The notes under the pieces: generated by a model | What the model saw: the letters and a program-made list of their open reading frames with translations, nothing else | Database searches by the model: none | Told to the model about the DNA's origin: nothing | Made by a program: the position numbers and the translations under genes | Assembly: GCA_002633005.1 (NCBI GenBank) | Contig: NMRA01000095.1 | Span: 724,412 to 788,411 of the forward strand | Direction: 5' to 3' | Origin: Phoronis australis | Lineage: Eukaryota > Animalia > Phoronida | DNA: 64,000 nucleotides | Part shown: one piece after another, positions 26,001 to 37,195 of the stretch | Layout: each line of letters starts with the position of its first letter | How positions within the stretch are numbered: position 1 is the stretch's first letter

Positions 26001-29000
26001 ATTTTCATTGCTTTGAATTTATTCTATGCATGTGACACCATGGCTACTCAACCACAAGGACTGCTTCTACACATAAAAACCTTCAGTCTATACCTGTGTA
26101 TGTTTCTAAGATTCGCTCTGAAAAAAAATAACATTAGCCTCCAAAAGTGCAGTATTTCAAAAGCGATTTCTGGCGGTATGCCAAGAATTTTAGTTAATTA
26201 CAATGATTCTTACTCGCAGAGAGGTAACATGATGACAAACTACTGTATGAACTAACAGCCTGCATCTTCCTTTGTGTACTGCCTTCACATACCAACTACA
26301 TAATCTATGGTGTAGACTTATACTGGTATGCACACTTCCCACAGAGATTGAGCAAATGTTCTGTTCAGAAAAAGCATGGAGTATGTCTCAAATAACCACA
26401 GAAATTCCTGCAGGCTTTAGGTTCCTTGGCTACAATACTAACCGAAATATTTCGAAAAAATGGGATGGAAGTGTTCATCACTTAGACCAATGACTGCAGA
26501 CTGTATGAGAAATTCATAATCATGGTCTTCACATCAAAGTATTTTGCTTGTCATAACAGCGGAGCAAAATTTTGTTGGATTACTTTTGATGAGCACTGTA
26601 GGATGAAATGACAACTGAGTAGAAGGCAGATGTTTTCCTAAACTTGTGAGTTGCCATGGCAACATGTAACACAATTTTAACTGAAGTCCTCACTTACTGT
26701 TTGAGACTAAGCTCCTCTTTCTCCTCAAACTCCTGAAATAGAAAAAATACCGTGTAAGCGTTAAACTCAAAACATGCACCACCTGAAGAGCACATAACAT
26801 CAGGTAAATCCAGACTATGTAAAACCTCAACAAATTCTGACGAAAATAATTGCCAAAATTGATGTTTTTTCATTTTCAAAGATCCGTAACACTATTGTGA
26901 ATGCTCAAATGTCCTCAAAGTACTGGTCAATCGAAGCTACAGTATACAAGTGAAGACTGATAAGCCTTTTTTCTGCTAATTATTTTTCATGAAAAATTTG
27001 AGAAATGAGTTTTACTTGTCCATCATATTGTTTCCTAAATTGGTGAGAATTTACTGTATTCTCCAACTTCCATGTTTGCAGTGGCGAAGTGTGTGGAAGG
27101 TTAACATACCAAGGTCAATAGTGCACTAAGAAACAAGATATTCCCAAAGTACAAAAAAAAAACAGACAAAATTCCACTTGGATTATGAGAGGCTATCATC
27201 TCATCCCTGCGAAACGTGACGTATGGTTTTTGTAATATTCAGAATTAATATTCCTTAAATATACCTTAACCAGTTTACATACATACAAAATAGCTGATGT
27301 CCATTATAAAGGCGCGGGTGTGTCTTGTGTATCTCACTCACCCCCCAATTTCACTTCTTACAGTAGCCTACTTGTAACAGTGGTGTATTATGCTTGTATA
27401 TCGGTAGTTTCCTGATGTTTAAGTTATCAGTAACCCTACACTCAGTGTTACAAGTGGCAGCATGCACTAGGAAATCCTTATTGACGTAACATGGTTTTTC
27501 ATAGATAAACAGAACACACTGTACTAACATTCAGACATTATGATTGGTTCACATAGAGAACTGTAGGGTATTACTCCTTTTATTGAGAAATACTTTATGG
27601 CTTGTGGTTGTTGCAACAGTAAGTACAAGCTAAATCGATGTCTTCAATACGTGTTCGTGTTTTCCAACACACTCCAAATGACAGGAGATCAAAGAAACAA
27701 CAAAATCATTCGCTATACTTTTCCTGTTCATTCCCCTAGACATGTTAAGGACAACATACAAATCAAGGAATGCACACAGATGTCCACACAATTATTTCTG
27801 AATGTTGATCATCATCTTTTCACAAAGCAACCTACAGGTGGCACTGAGACAAAAGGAGCGGCAAGTATTCCCTAATACAAGTCTCTTTCAACACATAGCT
27901 CGACTTGGATTCATACAGCTGCCCTATCTGTCATTCAGGTGTCACAAGAGTTGTCCCAAAGACATAATTAAATTAACAATCTACAGAATACAGGATGGTG
28001 TATATTACTGGAACATATTTTTAGGGAACTTAAAAAGATCATTCAAGGTGTGAGACAAAATAATAATGAAAAAGAACTGAGTGATGATTTCAGACTAAAA
28101 AAGTTTCTGTATGAAAAATTATAATTAGAATTCATAGAGAATGTAGGATAAACGAGTGCTCCTTATTGGTTGTTCTTGTGGAAATTTCATCTGGACTAGA
28201 TTTTCTTATTCAAAATAAAATGGCGCTAGAAATTAACAGTTGACTAAGTAGCAGAGCAATAATTTGAAAATTTGTCAATTTAATTAACGTAGAAAATATA
28301 TCTGAAACTAAATAAGGCGATCCAGATCCTCCCAAGGATACTATTGTTTCGTGAAATGAAGAATATAAATCGGTAAATAAAACAACAAGAATGGATCAAC
28401 TGAAATTTGAAATTTTCGGAGGTAACAACTTCCTTTATCAACAAAAACAGAAATAAAGTTTTTGTTGATAAAGGAAGTTGTTACCTCCGAAAATTTCAAA
28501 TTTCAGTTGATCCATTCTTGTTGTTTTATTTACCGATTTATATTCTTCAATTTAATTGTCATGAATGATCAAGAATTACTGAACAGAATACCCGTAGATC
28601 AACCTGAGGCAATATTGGATTGAAATTGTGTGTTGATGAGTTCATAAAATTAGTACATGCATCTTATAAAGTAGATTTACTGCATGATCAGTCAGTCTGT
28701 GCTGGCTGATGAGTGTTTAGTATTTTGTTAATTTACTACAGTAATTTGCTACTGATGTATTGAGGTGTCAGAACTGTTTACCAATAAATGCCGTGGATTT
28801 AGGGGGTAGGGCAGTGTGCCTGCCCCGAGGGTTTAGAGGAACAGGGAGTCTACCTCTCCTCTTCCAGGCTGTTGACAAAAATATAGAATAGGAATGTCAT
28901 GGAAATAAATGTTGGCATTTATTATTGTACAGCTAATCATGGGCATGTACTTTGTTTTTCCGCTTGTTAGGGGAGGGGGTGCAAATACTACAAAATGAAA

Positions 29001-32000
29001 AATGTTAGGCCGCCTCTCATAACGCTCTAGATGTGCAATTAATCTAACAATTAGAACCAATCCAGCTGGCTGTGATCGAGAGGTCCGTTTACCAGGGAAT
29101 CTGATCGTACGTCCTATTGTGTGTTGAAATGCAGTAGCAATGGGTTAATAGCAGTAAAACACCGTTTACAATATATATTGATATATCCTGGAGTAAAACT
29201 GGTGATTTTTCAAACTATTTGTCTTCTGAAATGAAAATATTTGCAAAAATAAGTTAGGGTCATTATTACCTGAGGAAATATGATAAAAATTAGCCAAAAT
29301 AGGTGACTGTGGCTTCAGTTCTCAGGTAGCCATTGATGAAAGGTTTGAGTGACTCTTTGACCTATGGTAGATAACTGGCCTAGGAGTGGTGATTTTGAAC
29401 AAAAGGCCATGAGAAAAAGAATGTTAACAATGGACCAGGGTTGATATCTGGACTAACCTGGATTGGTAAACCACCCTCTTAGAGTTGAAAATAATTAGGA
29501 GGGTTTTGTAATGTGTAGGGTACTTTAGCCATCTAAATCATTACGAACCATTTTAACACTAGGGTTTCAAAGAGTAAAACATGTTCAAGGTTATGTACCA
29601 CCTTATTGACTAGTCTGGGTAGATAGGCAAAAAACTACAAACCAGTAAAGTTTAACTCTGTATAAGAATGTATTTCATGAAATTACATCACCCGTAGGAT
29701 TTGATTTCTGAGGTATGATCTTCCAAACTTTGCAAAATTTGGCCATTTTTCGAGGGTCCTACATAACCTATAATCCTGTATAGCCAGCTATAAATGCATG
29801 CCATAATGGGGTTGTGTTATATATAAGCATTATGAAAAGGTCAAGCATCTAAACAAGGTCATGTCAAATTTCAAGATACAGGCACTTCTACTCAAATGAG
29901 GTTTTATGAAAGCATTTAAGAATACTATAGTCAACACAGGAAAATAGCAATAATTGCAATAAAATTTCAGACATTTCCACTTAAGTCAATAACAGTGAAA
30001 TTAATTAATGTTGATTCATTCTTGCTATTTTATTTTTATATGCATTCTATGTTTGGTTCAACAATAGAATCCTTCAAAAGATCTGGATCACCTCGTTTAG
30101 TTTCAGATTTATTTTCTAACATTTCATGATCAGGACCCTGGTTTGTTGAGAAACTACACTTGCACAAATGTCTAAGTACATAAAGCTTCCGTTTTTCCTT
30201 GCTTTTAATCCACATTTTTAATTTTCGGGAGTTGGGGAAAACATTTGGAGGAATTTAGAATAATTACCAAGCACAATACCAACAGCAATGTATAAAGTGA
30301 AGCAGTTCACAACCACTCAATCTCAATACACAGCTCATGACAACAAACTGCAACAGGGTGATCTTCCCAGTTCACTAGGAGAGTTGGTACGTTAAATTCA
30401 ACTTAATGATGAATAACTCAGGAATTTTTAGTTTTAGAAAGGTGACTAGGCTTATTGATGTTAGGAATTAGTAGGCCAGGCCAGTAATGAAATACCAATT
30501 TCAATAGCACTGACTTCGAGGATTATACTTTAGGCTTCGTTGTAAATGAATAAAAAACAGACAATCGTCGCACAAATGCAAAGTTCATGTTAATTTGATG
30601 AGGAAATAGTAAACAAGTCATCACCATAGCTGTAGTGTCACTGAGCTCTACATGTTATTCAGGCCAGAGTATAGCATCCTTATAAGCACTAGGGCTACAA
30701 TAACCTACTCCCCAGAGTCCCTGGCAAGTATACACATTTCTGCCCCATGACATGTTTTTTAGTGGATGAAACTGATTGACTAAATCGGGGACAAGGAACC
30801 AGTGACAGCGCCAGTGCGCAAGTGCCTACGACTACGTACGACTAGGAAGTAATGTTAGGCACTGGTCCGATACAGCGGTCCTGGATTTTGAGAACCAGTT
30901 TCATCCACTGAATAACAGGCCTGTTATTCAGTGATTGCCTGGTTATAATGATATATGGTCGAGGGTCTCTAAATCTCGACAAATTTCATTTTGAATAACC
31001 GATTGATCAAATACTCAAAAGATGCATTGTGCACAATAGGGTATAGTCCGGTTACCTATTGTCGTCAGGCTCCAAAGGTCGTCCGCCATCTTGTTTCGCG
31101 TGCAGCGCAACCACGCGGGACTTAGCGTTCCAATTTGGAGTGCTCGTCTGCACGTTAGGTACTAACTTATCGGAAGAGACACGTATCAAAGTAATGAGAC
31201 AAAAATCGGTGAGTTTACCGATTGTTTTTTAAAACCACTTAAAAATCAGTAGATTTTACTAATACACTTTTTTGTGCGTTTTCAGAAGATGTTTTCGAAT
31301 TTAAATTTTCTTCCGACGGGACACAAAACATGATCCAGGGTTTGTTTATGCAATGTATCTGTTTNNNNNNNNNNNNNNNNNNNNNNNNNNNNNNNNNNNN
31401 NNNNNNNNNNNNNNNNNNNNNNNNNNNNNNNNNNNNNNNNNNNNNNNNNNNNNNNNNNNNNNNNNNNNNNNNNNNNNNNNNNNNNNNNNNNNNNNNNNNN
31501 NNNNNNNNNNNNNNNNNNNNNNNNNNNNNNNNNNNNNNNNNNNNNNNNNNNNNNNNNNNNNNNNNNNNNNNNNNNNNNNNNNNNNNNNNNNNNNNNNNNN
31601 NNNNNNNNNNNNNNNNNNNNNNNNNNNNNNNNNNNNNNNNNNNNNNNNNNNNNNNNNNNNNNNNNNNNNNNNNNNNNNNNNNNNNNNNNNNNNNNNNNNN
31701 NNNNNNNNNNNNNNNNNNNNNNNNNNNNNNNNNNNNNNNNNNNNNNNNNNNNNNNNNNNNNNNNNNNNNNNNNNNNNNNNNNNNNNNNNNNNNNNNNNNN
31801 NNNNNNNNNNNNNNNNNNNNNNNNNNNNNNNNNNNNNNNNNNNNNNNNNNNNNNNNNNNNNNNNNNNNNNNNNNNNNNNNNNNNNNNNNNNNNNNNNNNN
31901 NNNNNNNNNNNNNNNNNNNNNNNNNNNNNNNNNNNNNNNNNNNNNNNNNNNNNNNNNNNNNNNNNNNNNNNNNNNNNNNNNNNNNNNNNNNNNNNNNNNN

Positions 32001-32929
32001 NNNNNNNNNNNNNNNNNNNNNNNNNNNNNNNNNNNNNNNNNNNNNNNNNNNNNNNNNNNNNNNNNNNNNNNNNNNNNNNNNNNNNNNNNNNNNNNNNNNN
32101 NNNNNNNNNNNNNNNNNNNNNNNNNNNNNNNNNNNNNNNNNNNNNNNNNNNNNNNNNNNNNNNNNNNNNNNNNNNNNNNNNNNNNNNNNNNNNNNNNNNN
32201 NNNNNNNNNNNNNNNNNNNNNNNNNNNNNNNNNNNNNNNNNNNNNNNNNNNNNNNNNNNNNNNNNNNNNNNNNNNNNNNNNNNNNNNNNNNNNNNNNNNN
32301 NNNNNNNNNNNNNNNNNNNAATAAAATGGCTGCCGAAGGCAGTGCACATTTGAAATAACTCGGCACAAATTAAAGAAAACTTCCGAATCGATGAATGCGG
32401 TATATCTGTGAGAGTTAAATCGAATCCTATTCAGATCATAACTTTGAAGTGGAATAATTCGGTGAGTACAACAGCAAGTCGGTTTTATGCTTAGGCGGAC
32501 GAACATTGGGCTCCCCAGTATACCCACAATATTGTCAAAAAGACAAACACAAACACAATATGAATCACCAGGTGAACACATTCCAAACTTAGAAATTTTA
32601 CGGCATATTTATAACATAAGTCATAAGTAACCAGATCACATTCCACGATCACAGTCACATTTTTAAACTCGGTTTACGTTTCACTTTAGAGAAGGTAAGT
32701 GGCTGGTGGGATATAGCGGTCCCTGATTTAGAACCAGGCAATCACTGAATATCGGTTATTTAGTGGATGAACTGAACTTAATAAGGTCTGAAAATCCAAG
32801 CACGAGATTACCTCGGTAACTTACTTTAGCTTTCTTCATTACATCAAGCAGTTTTGACCTTTCTGTCTCCGTAAGACCCGATAAGTCAGGCACATTTTCG
32901 GGACTACCGCCCCTCATGTCAGAAGACAT
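1830..32929 (-). CDS. OSBPL11: Oxysterol-binding protein-related protein 10/11-like gene (spliced; 5' part, continues past left edge)
   Basis: Exons 32825-32929, 26698-26732 (copy at 21740-21774), 17157-17262, 15707-15754, 12450-12531, 8878-8957, 6434-6603, 4756-4864, 1830-2017 join in frame with GT-AG sites. PH domain (GLLCKYTNVMKGWQFRWF...PSDEDSMTFNINAANGEIYRLRAADAKERQYWVDRL) and LDKEMLLLKATSQATL...SLPSGATVEWLEP resemble vertebrate ORP11/ORP10 as recalled; no search run. Confidence 0.9.
2905..4206. mobile_element. Non-autonomous Helentron/HINE (DINE-1-like) element with internal ~440-bp trimeric tandem repeat
   Basis: Begins AACAA..., small stem-loop acgc-gga-gcgt, sub-terminal ATGCGCCCAC (2930) complementary to GTGGGCGCAT (4192) inside a terminal palindrome, ends ATAAAAA; homologous to 23235-24757. 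Confidence 0.75.
4756..4864 (-). CDS. OSBPL10/11-like exon 8 (SQHKTIAHTVVDPLREVKEFVSEVEDHQHHLVDKIE)
   Basis: ttacag/GTACAC, phase 2 to 0; resembles the ORP11 coiled region. Confidence 0.87.
5700..6139. repeat. 31-bp minisatellite (aatcatactagtaatgctgagaggcatgata)
   Basis: About 14 copies. Confidence 0.95.
6434..6603 (-). CDS. OSBPL10/11-like exon 7 (KVPQVFRSELRQRSTSHPNL...)
   Basis: GC-richer open block, tttcag/GTAAGC, phase 0 to 2 fits both neighbours. Confidence 0.85.
8878..8957 (-). CDS. OSBPL10/11-like exon 6 (AADAKERQYWVDRLRTIAQEQTSLLAP)
   Basis: PH C-terminal helix with the invariant Trp; phase 1 to 0. Confidence 0.92.
12450..12531 (-). CDS. OSBPL10/11-like exon 5 (GSVICPSDEDSMTFNINAANGEIYRLR)
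   Basis: ORP PH motif PSDEDS.TF; AG/GT sites in phase. Confidence 0.92.
15707..15754 (-). CDS. OSBPL10/11-like exon 4 (KEEYKSQRPRGFLHLA)
   Basis: 48 nt, phase 0/0, PRG motif of the ORP PH domain. Confidence 0.88.
15760..16104. repeat. 38-bp minisatellite abutting the exon 4 acceptor
   Basis: About 9 copies of gaaacatcaacacttagtttaggttatgtaggacccta. Confidence 0.95.
16078..16420 (+). mobile_element. Abundant dispersed non-autonomous element with terminus AGGTTATGTAGGAC...AAAATGTCCAA (superfamily uncertain)
   Basis: Related segments at ~7400-7880, 11280-11392 (-), 13200-13630, 25470-25845, 29670-29769 (-), 52640-53030 (-); boundaries approximate. Confidence 0.55.
16980..17205. repeat. 63-64-bp tandem repeat derived from the exon 3 3' end plus donor
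   Basis: Donor copies at 17156, 17092 and 17029. Confidence 0.9.
17157..17262 (-). CDS. OSBPL10/11-like exon 3, PH domain start (QPLSGLLCKYTNVMKGWQFRWFTLEPSTGMLEYFE)
   Basis: PH beta1-beta3 motif; ttgcag acceptor, GTAAGC donor. Confidence 0.92.
18134..18643. other. Assembly gap
   Basis: N run. Confidence 1.
20434..20684. other. Assembly gap
   Basis: N run. Confidence 1.
21740..21774 (-). CDS. Second copy of exon 2 (probably the other allele)
   Basis: Same peptide, 3 synonymous differences, intact splice sites, inside a duplicated 2.5-kb block. Confidence 0.55.
23235..24757. mobile_element. Second copy of the HINE-like element, truncated by a gap
   Basis: Same start (aacaagagcaacgcggagc...gcccacgaatgca) and same internal repeat; absent from the duplicate block at ~28214. 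Confidence 0.78.
24758..25449. other. Assembly gap
   Basis: N run. Confidence 1.
26698..26732 (-). CDS. OSBPL10/11-like exon 2, 35 nt (EFEEKEELSLK-)
   Basis: tttttctatttcag acceptor, GTAAGT donor; phase 0 to 2 links exon 1 to the PH exon. Confidence 0.75.
28286..30124. mobile_element. Old ~1.8-kb element with degenerate ~65-bp TIRs and nested repeats
   Basis: tagaaaatatatctgaaactaaa..gatccagatc..aaggatactattgtt at ~28290 is the reverse complement of ~30060-30120. Confidence 0.55.
28357..28549. repeat. Perfect inverted repeat, 92-bp arms, 9-bp loop
   Basis: 28357-28448 is the exact reverse complement of 28458-28549. Confidence 0.95.
31365..32319. other. Assembly gap
   Basis: N run. Confidence 1.
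32825..32929 (-). CDS. OSBPL10/11-like coding exon 1 (MSSDMRGGSPENVPDLSGLTETERSKLLDVMKKAK)
   Basis: ATG at 32929, 35 codons, donor GTAAGT, phase 0 matches next exon; promoter-like motifs just upstream. Confidence 0.75.
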
Positions 32930-33010
32930 GACGGCGATTTACCGGAAGTGCCAGGTTTGCATTTACACAGCGCCATCTGATGACAGAAGGTAGATTTGCG
33001 ATCAGGGAGC
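32930..33010 (-). promoter_or_regulatory. Putative OSBPL10/11-like promoter/5'UTR
   Basis: ACCGGAAGTG ETS/GABP consensus at 32941 and a GCGCCATCT YY1/CTCF-like motif near 32970, just upstream of the ATG. Confidence 0.45.
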
Positions 33011-33381
33011 GAATCACGGCTGCTGCGTCGGGTTAAGCCTATTGATTTTTATCTAACTGTGAATATACTGATATAGCCCATCCCATAACCACTTGACATA
33101 TTCATATTGCCAAAAAACTTTTGAAACAATTGCAGATGGAATGGTTTCCCCCAGGTACCAAAATTATGACTTTTAACTTATGCGCGTTGACTGACCTCAA
33201 CTGCCCCAGAAGCTTGAGTAAGACTCTTGAGTAGGCCTACAACATGCGCGGATGCAAACAAAGTACTTTTATGCTCAAAATAGACATCAAAGTGTGCTAA
33301 AATGTTTTTAAACACTTAAAGTGTTTTAGCGTAAAAGCAGCGTGCACTGTAGTATCCGTTCGTGCAATAAGGCATTAACCT

Positions 33382-33545
33382 CACGCGCGCACCCAGGCTT
33401 GGGGCTCGAATTTCTGGCGATGTGGACATTTTGGGAACAAAAAAGCGGACCGCGGACTAAGAAAAAAAAGGGGCGCACCACCGTGAATTATGCGTGTGTT
33501 AGAGGTCTTTTGCCCACTTCGCCAAATGGGAGGCGGCGGGGGCTT
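33382..33545. mobile_element. Partial inverted copy of the 34299-34571 MITE
   Basis: gggctcgaatttct..cgatgtggac and ttttgcccacttcgccaaatggg are reverse complements of the other copy. Confidence 0.6.
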
Positions 33546-34298
33546 ATTTAGCCTAATTCTCGATTTTCGTTTTAGACCGGCAGCTAACTGAAACCGGGGC
33601 AAAGCTTGAATTATAACCAAGTAACAACTAACATACAAGATTTTGGTTGTGGTTACCAGCAACCACCGGTCGACTCAAAAAGCTGATTGTCCGTGATATG
33701 ACAAAAAAAGTTCGGAATTTTGCCGAGGTCTTCACTTGAAATGATGACATGCCGTGACAACTATAGCCTGGTCTCAGTAATTTCCAAGATCTAGATTCAC
33801 CTCCGATTTGACTAAAGCGGTAACAATTTGTAACCAATTCCAGAACCGTGAATGGCTAAAGTTGTTTTTGGGGGACGGTGCATTAGCCTAATTATTATGT
33901 AAGATATTTTCGTAGTATGGTAACGGTGCTTTCTGACTTTATTGCGCTTCATAATCTGAGCCAGCGACCGTTTGTTCCTAAGCCAGCGGAGGCAGTTGTT
34001 AAAAAACCCTTTTTCATTGGGGGGACCCTGAACGGCTATGTCTGTCACAGAAGGGTCTGAGCTTTAGTTTTAGGCCTCAGTTAACCTTTAGCCGCAAATG
34101 GCTTGGAAAACATAGCAAAAATCTTTGGCAAAAGGGGCGAGGTGCGGTGGAAGCGATTCCAAGCCTTGGGGTGCCTTCAATTTCCACCTTCCATCTTTTA
34201 ACTTTTAAACCCCAGGCCCAGGAGCAGCAAAACCAAAGCCGCAGTAGGAACTCTACAATGACCTCGGCGCGCCTCGCCTAATTGAATACTCGTGACTA

Positions 34299-34571
34299 CA
34301 TGCGCGCACCCGGGGGGGGGGGGGCTCGGCCGGGGGGCACGAATGAGCCCCCCATTTGGCGAAGTGGGCAAAAAGGTCCGCCTCAGAGAAACAAAAACTC
34401 CCAGAAAAAGAGGCAAAAGTCTACTAAAAAGACGCACACGCACAGTTTACAGTTTTGAAGGTATAGTACCCCGTTTTCTTTTTTTTAGTCCTGTCGATAT
34501 TTTGTCAGCAAAAGGTCCACATCGACAGAAATTCGAGCCCCCCCCCATATTAAAGGTTGGGTGCGCGCATG
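34299..34571. mobile_element. MITE with CATGCGCGCACCC TIR and 5-bp TSD (GACTA)
   Basis: TIR and TSD visible; inverted partial copy at ~33382-33545. Confidence 0.7.
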
Positions 34572-36106
34572 GACTAGATTCATTACCGGCCAAGCGGTGC
34601 GACACCCAGGGAGGGCCTTGAGTTTGGTCACCGGTACGGAGATTGGATATATTATTGGATACGGCCAAATAGTTTTTGGGCATGCCGTGTACAACAGTTT
34701 CAGGGAAACCTGGATATAGACATTTTATCGCGGGTTTGATGGTTGCTTGGTCGGAGATTGGAATTTAGAGGATTGGTGTATTGGAATTCAGGGTTGCGCG
34801 CGGTGGCCGGGATATAGTTTTTTTATTCCTGGATACGCGTTATTTTGAATAATTTTAAGTACACAGGCTTATTAACAGACACCGGCGGTAAAGAAATGCT
34901 TGAACGATTCGTGTATGTTTGTAATGATTTGCACAAGTCATCAAGAAAATGTAATTTATGGTGCTGTTTGAGGGCCCATCGTGACACTACACCAGGGAAT
35001 CACATACGCCACAGAAAGCTCACAACACCCGTGGGAAATCATCATAACACAATTATAAAAAGGAATATTCACACTCGCAAAACAACATAATTTTGAAACT
35101 GGAAACAAAGTTCTAAACCCCACCGGAAGGAGAACTGACAAAAGGGGAGAAACAAAATCTGTAGCCAAAAGAACTGTGACACAAGAAATGCTCTCTAGAA
35201 TCTTGAAATCGATACTTTGACTGGCTCGAACAGTGACGCGACTCTCACATTCACCCGGGCTCTTGTTCACCCCTAATCCGTAATTGCAGTTGAAAAAATA
35301 CTTAGTCAGAATGCAATAGTGAAACCGTTTTTCACATATTTTACCTGTTCGTGCGAGAAAGGGGAAACAAGGTCAATTTCGCTTTACGTTTTAAAGAATT
35401 TCACAAATTCTAAGAGAACACCGATGGAAATGAGGCAAAAAAGAAATATATTTGGTTCTTGCCTGTATTTTGAGGCCTGCGCTCACCAACTGTAAAACGC
35501 CTGGCGGCATAACTTTCAGCCAAAGTCTGGTGTGTAGTTTTGAAAAGCTGCATGAAAAAGGCACGTAAGCAAGGGTTCAAACACCACGATTCACCAGTAA
35601 GGAAATGTTCAAACACCATGATTTACCAGTCGACGATTAAAAAATTGATCCTGCATCACTTTTGCTCTTCCTAGGGGGATTTTCTTTTTGAAAAATTGAA
35701 TATCAAAGATTCGACTTTCAAAAAGAAAAAAAAATGCAAAACAGAATCGACTATGCTTTTTGTCCTTGAACAACAACCACCAATACAAAATTAAAGCAGT
35801 ATGTGCACTGTGTAAATTTTCTTCCGTGTCCTGCGCTATCTACGGATACAAACAAGGAGATAGGCCTACTTGTCTTGGTCCTCACACTCGTGAGCTCCCT
35901 GATGTTCAAGCATTTCAAGTTAATCCTCAGCTGAAGACCATAATTCATAAAGGGTAATGTTCACGTTATCTTATCAATATTGTTGTTAATTATGATGGTA
36001 AATGTCACCTAAATGTGTCTCGCATTTCGAAAATCACTTTTCTCCAATGAATAACCAACAACAAAATGGTTTGTAAAAGCCGGGAACCCTGTACCTGACT
36101 ATTGAA

Positions 36107-36107
36107 A

Positions 36108-36147
<40 letters not shown>

Positions 36148-36152
36148 CATCA
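36107..36152. repeat. (ATT)n microsatellite
   Basis: Direct observation. Confidence 0.95.
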
Positions 36153-37032
36153 TAAGGCATAAATTAAAATTAATCTTGCTTCCCCTCTTACGACCAACTG
36201 AGAATGTGCGGCCAACTCAAAGCATTTCATAGGCACTCTGACGAAAGCATCAGTTTCCATGCTGATGTGGCAGCAAAACACTTTAGCTACAAAAATAACT
36301 CTGCCTTGACAAAGGGAAAAAACAAAAATATTTTAGCAACCTACCTACCCAGTTCAGAGGGATGAGGGTAGGGTGGAAAGCTATTTCAAGGACAACATCC
36401 TTGTTATTGGTGTAGGGCAGAATCCCAATCAGGGCACAACTATTCATCATCAAAAAGGGGGTAATAAGACAATTCTCTATTAGGTTTAGTTACACAGTCA
36501 AACTGGGACAGTTCTATGTCTAAGAGCATTGATCACAAAGAACACCTTTCACTGACCTTGCATGTCAATTTCAAAAGGCCTGTTGTGTGTGTAAATGAAA
36601 CCCATGCTTTACAACGGTCTGCACAATTCTAAGCTACTAAGCAGACTTAACCGTCTTCCAAGCCAAAAGTGCTTCTTGCAGAAAAGGGGCTGCAGTGTGC
36701 AGACTGCCACGAGAAAATTGATAATCAAAAAGAGAACCAATTTAAAGCATATTTCAAAAAATAGTTAATTTTTACAATAAATATATTTTCACAAATTCAC
36801 TAAAATCAGCAGTAGTTGCATAATCACTGCATAACTGGTTTATCAACAAATTCAGTAATGTATATATGCATAACATAACAAAAATACACAAATGACCATT
36901 GCAATCCAAGACAAGAACTCAACAAGTCGCCACTTCATCAAATCGCATGCAACGCAATGTTACACTTTCTCCTATGCTCTTAATTACATATCCATAAAAA
37001 GGCATGAGACATCGACATTAAATTCACATACT

Positions 37033-37195
37033 ATTAGTATCATTATTATTATAATAATAATAATTATCATCATCATTATTATTATAATAATTATCATCAT
37101 TATTATTATAATAATAATTATCATCATTATTATTATAATAATAATTATCATCATTATTATAATAATTGTTATCATCATTGTTATTATCATTATTA
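37033..37195. repeat. Compound (ATC/ATT/ATA)n microsatellite
   Basis: Direct observation; explains the poly-Ile ORFs. Confidence 0.95.

Larger units (their letters stand above)
20685..28214. repeat. ~2.5-kb direct duplication (20685-23235 / 25643-28214), probably two haplotypes
   Basis: Collinear copies with scattered SNPs and indels, each preceded by an N gap. Confidence 0.9.

Noticed and set aside
31030-32420. CpG-richer sequence with YY1-like motifs (CCGCCATCTT, AAAATGGCTGCC) around the gap as a separate promoter or gene
   Set aside because: Interrupted by a 955-N gap; cannot be told apart from a transposon interior, and no exon structure was found.
18045-32581. Long ORFs containing X runs
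   Set aside because: Artefacts of N gaps.
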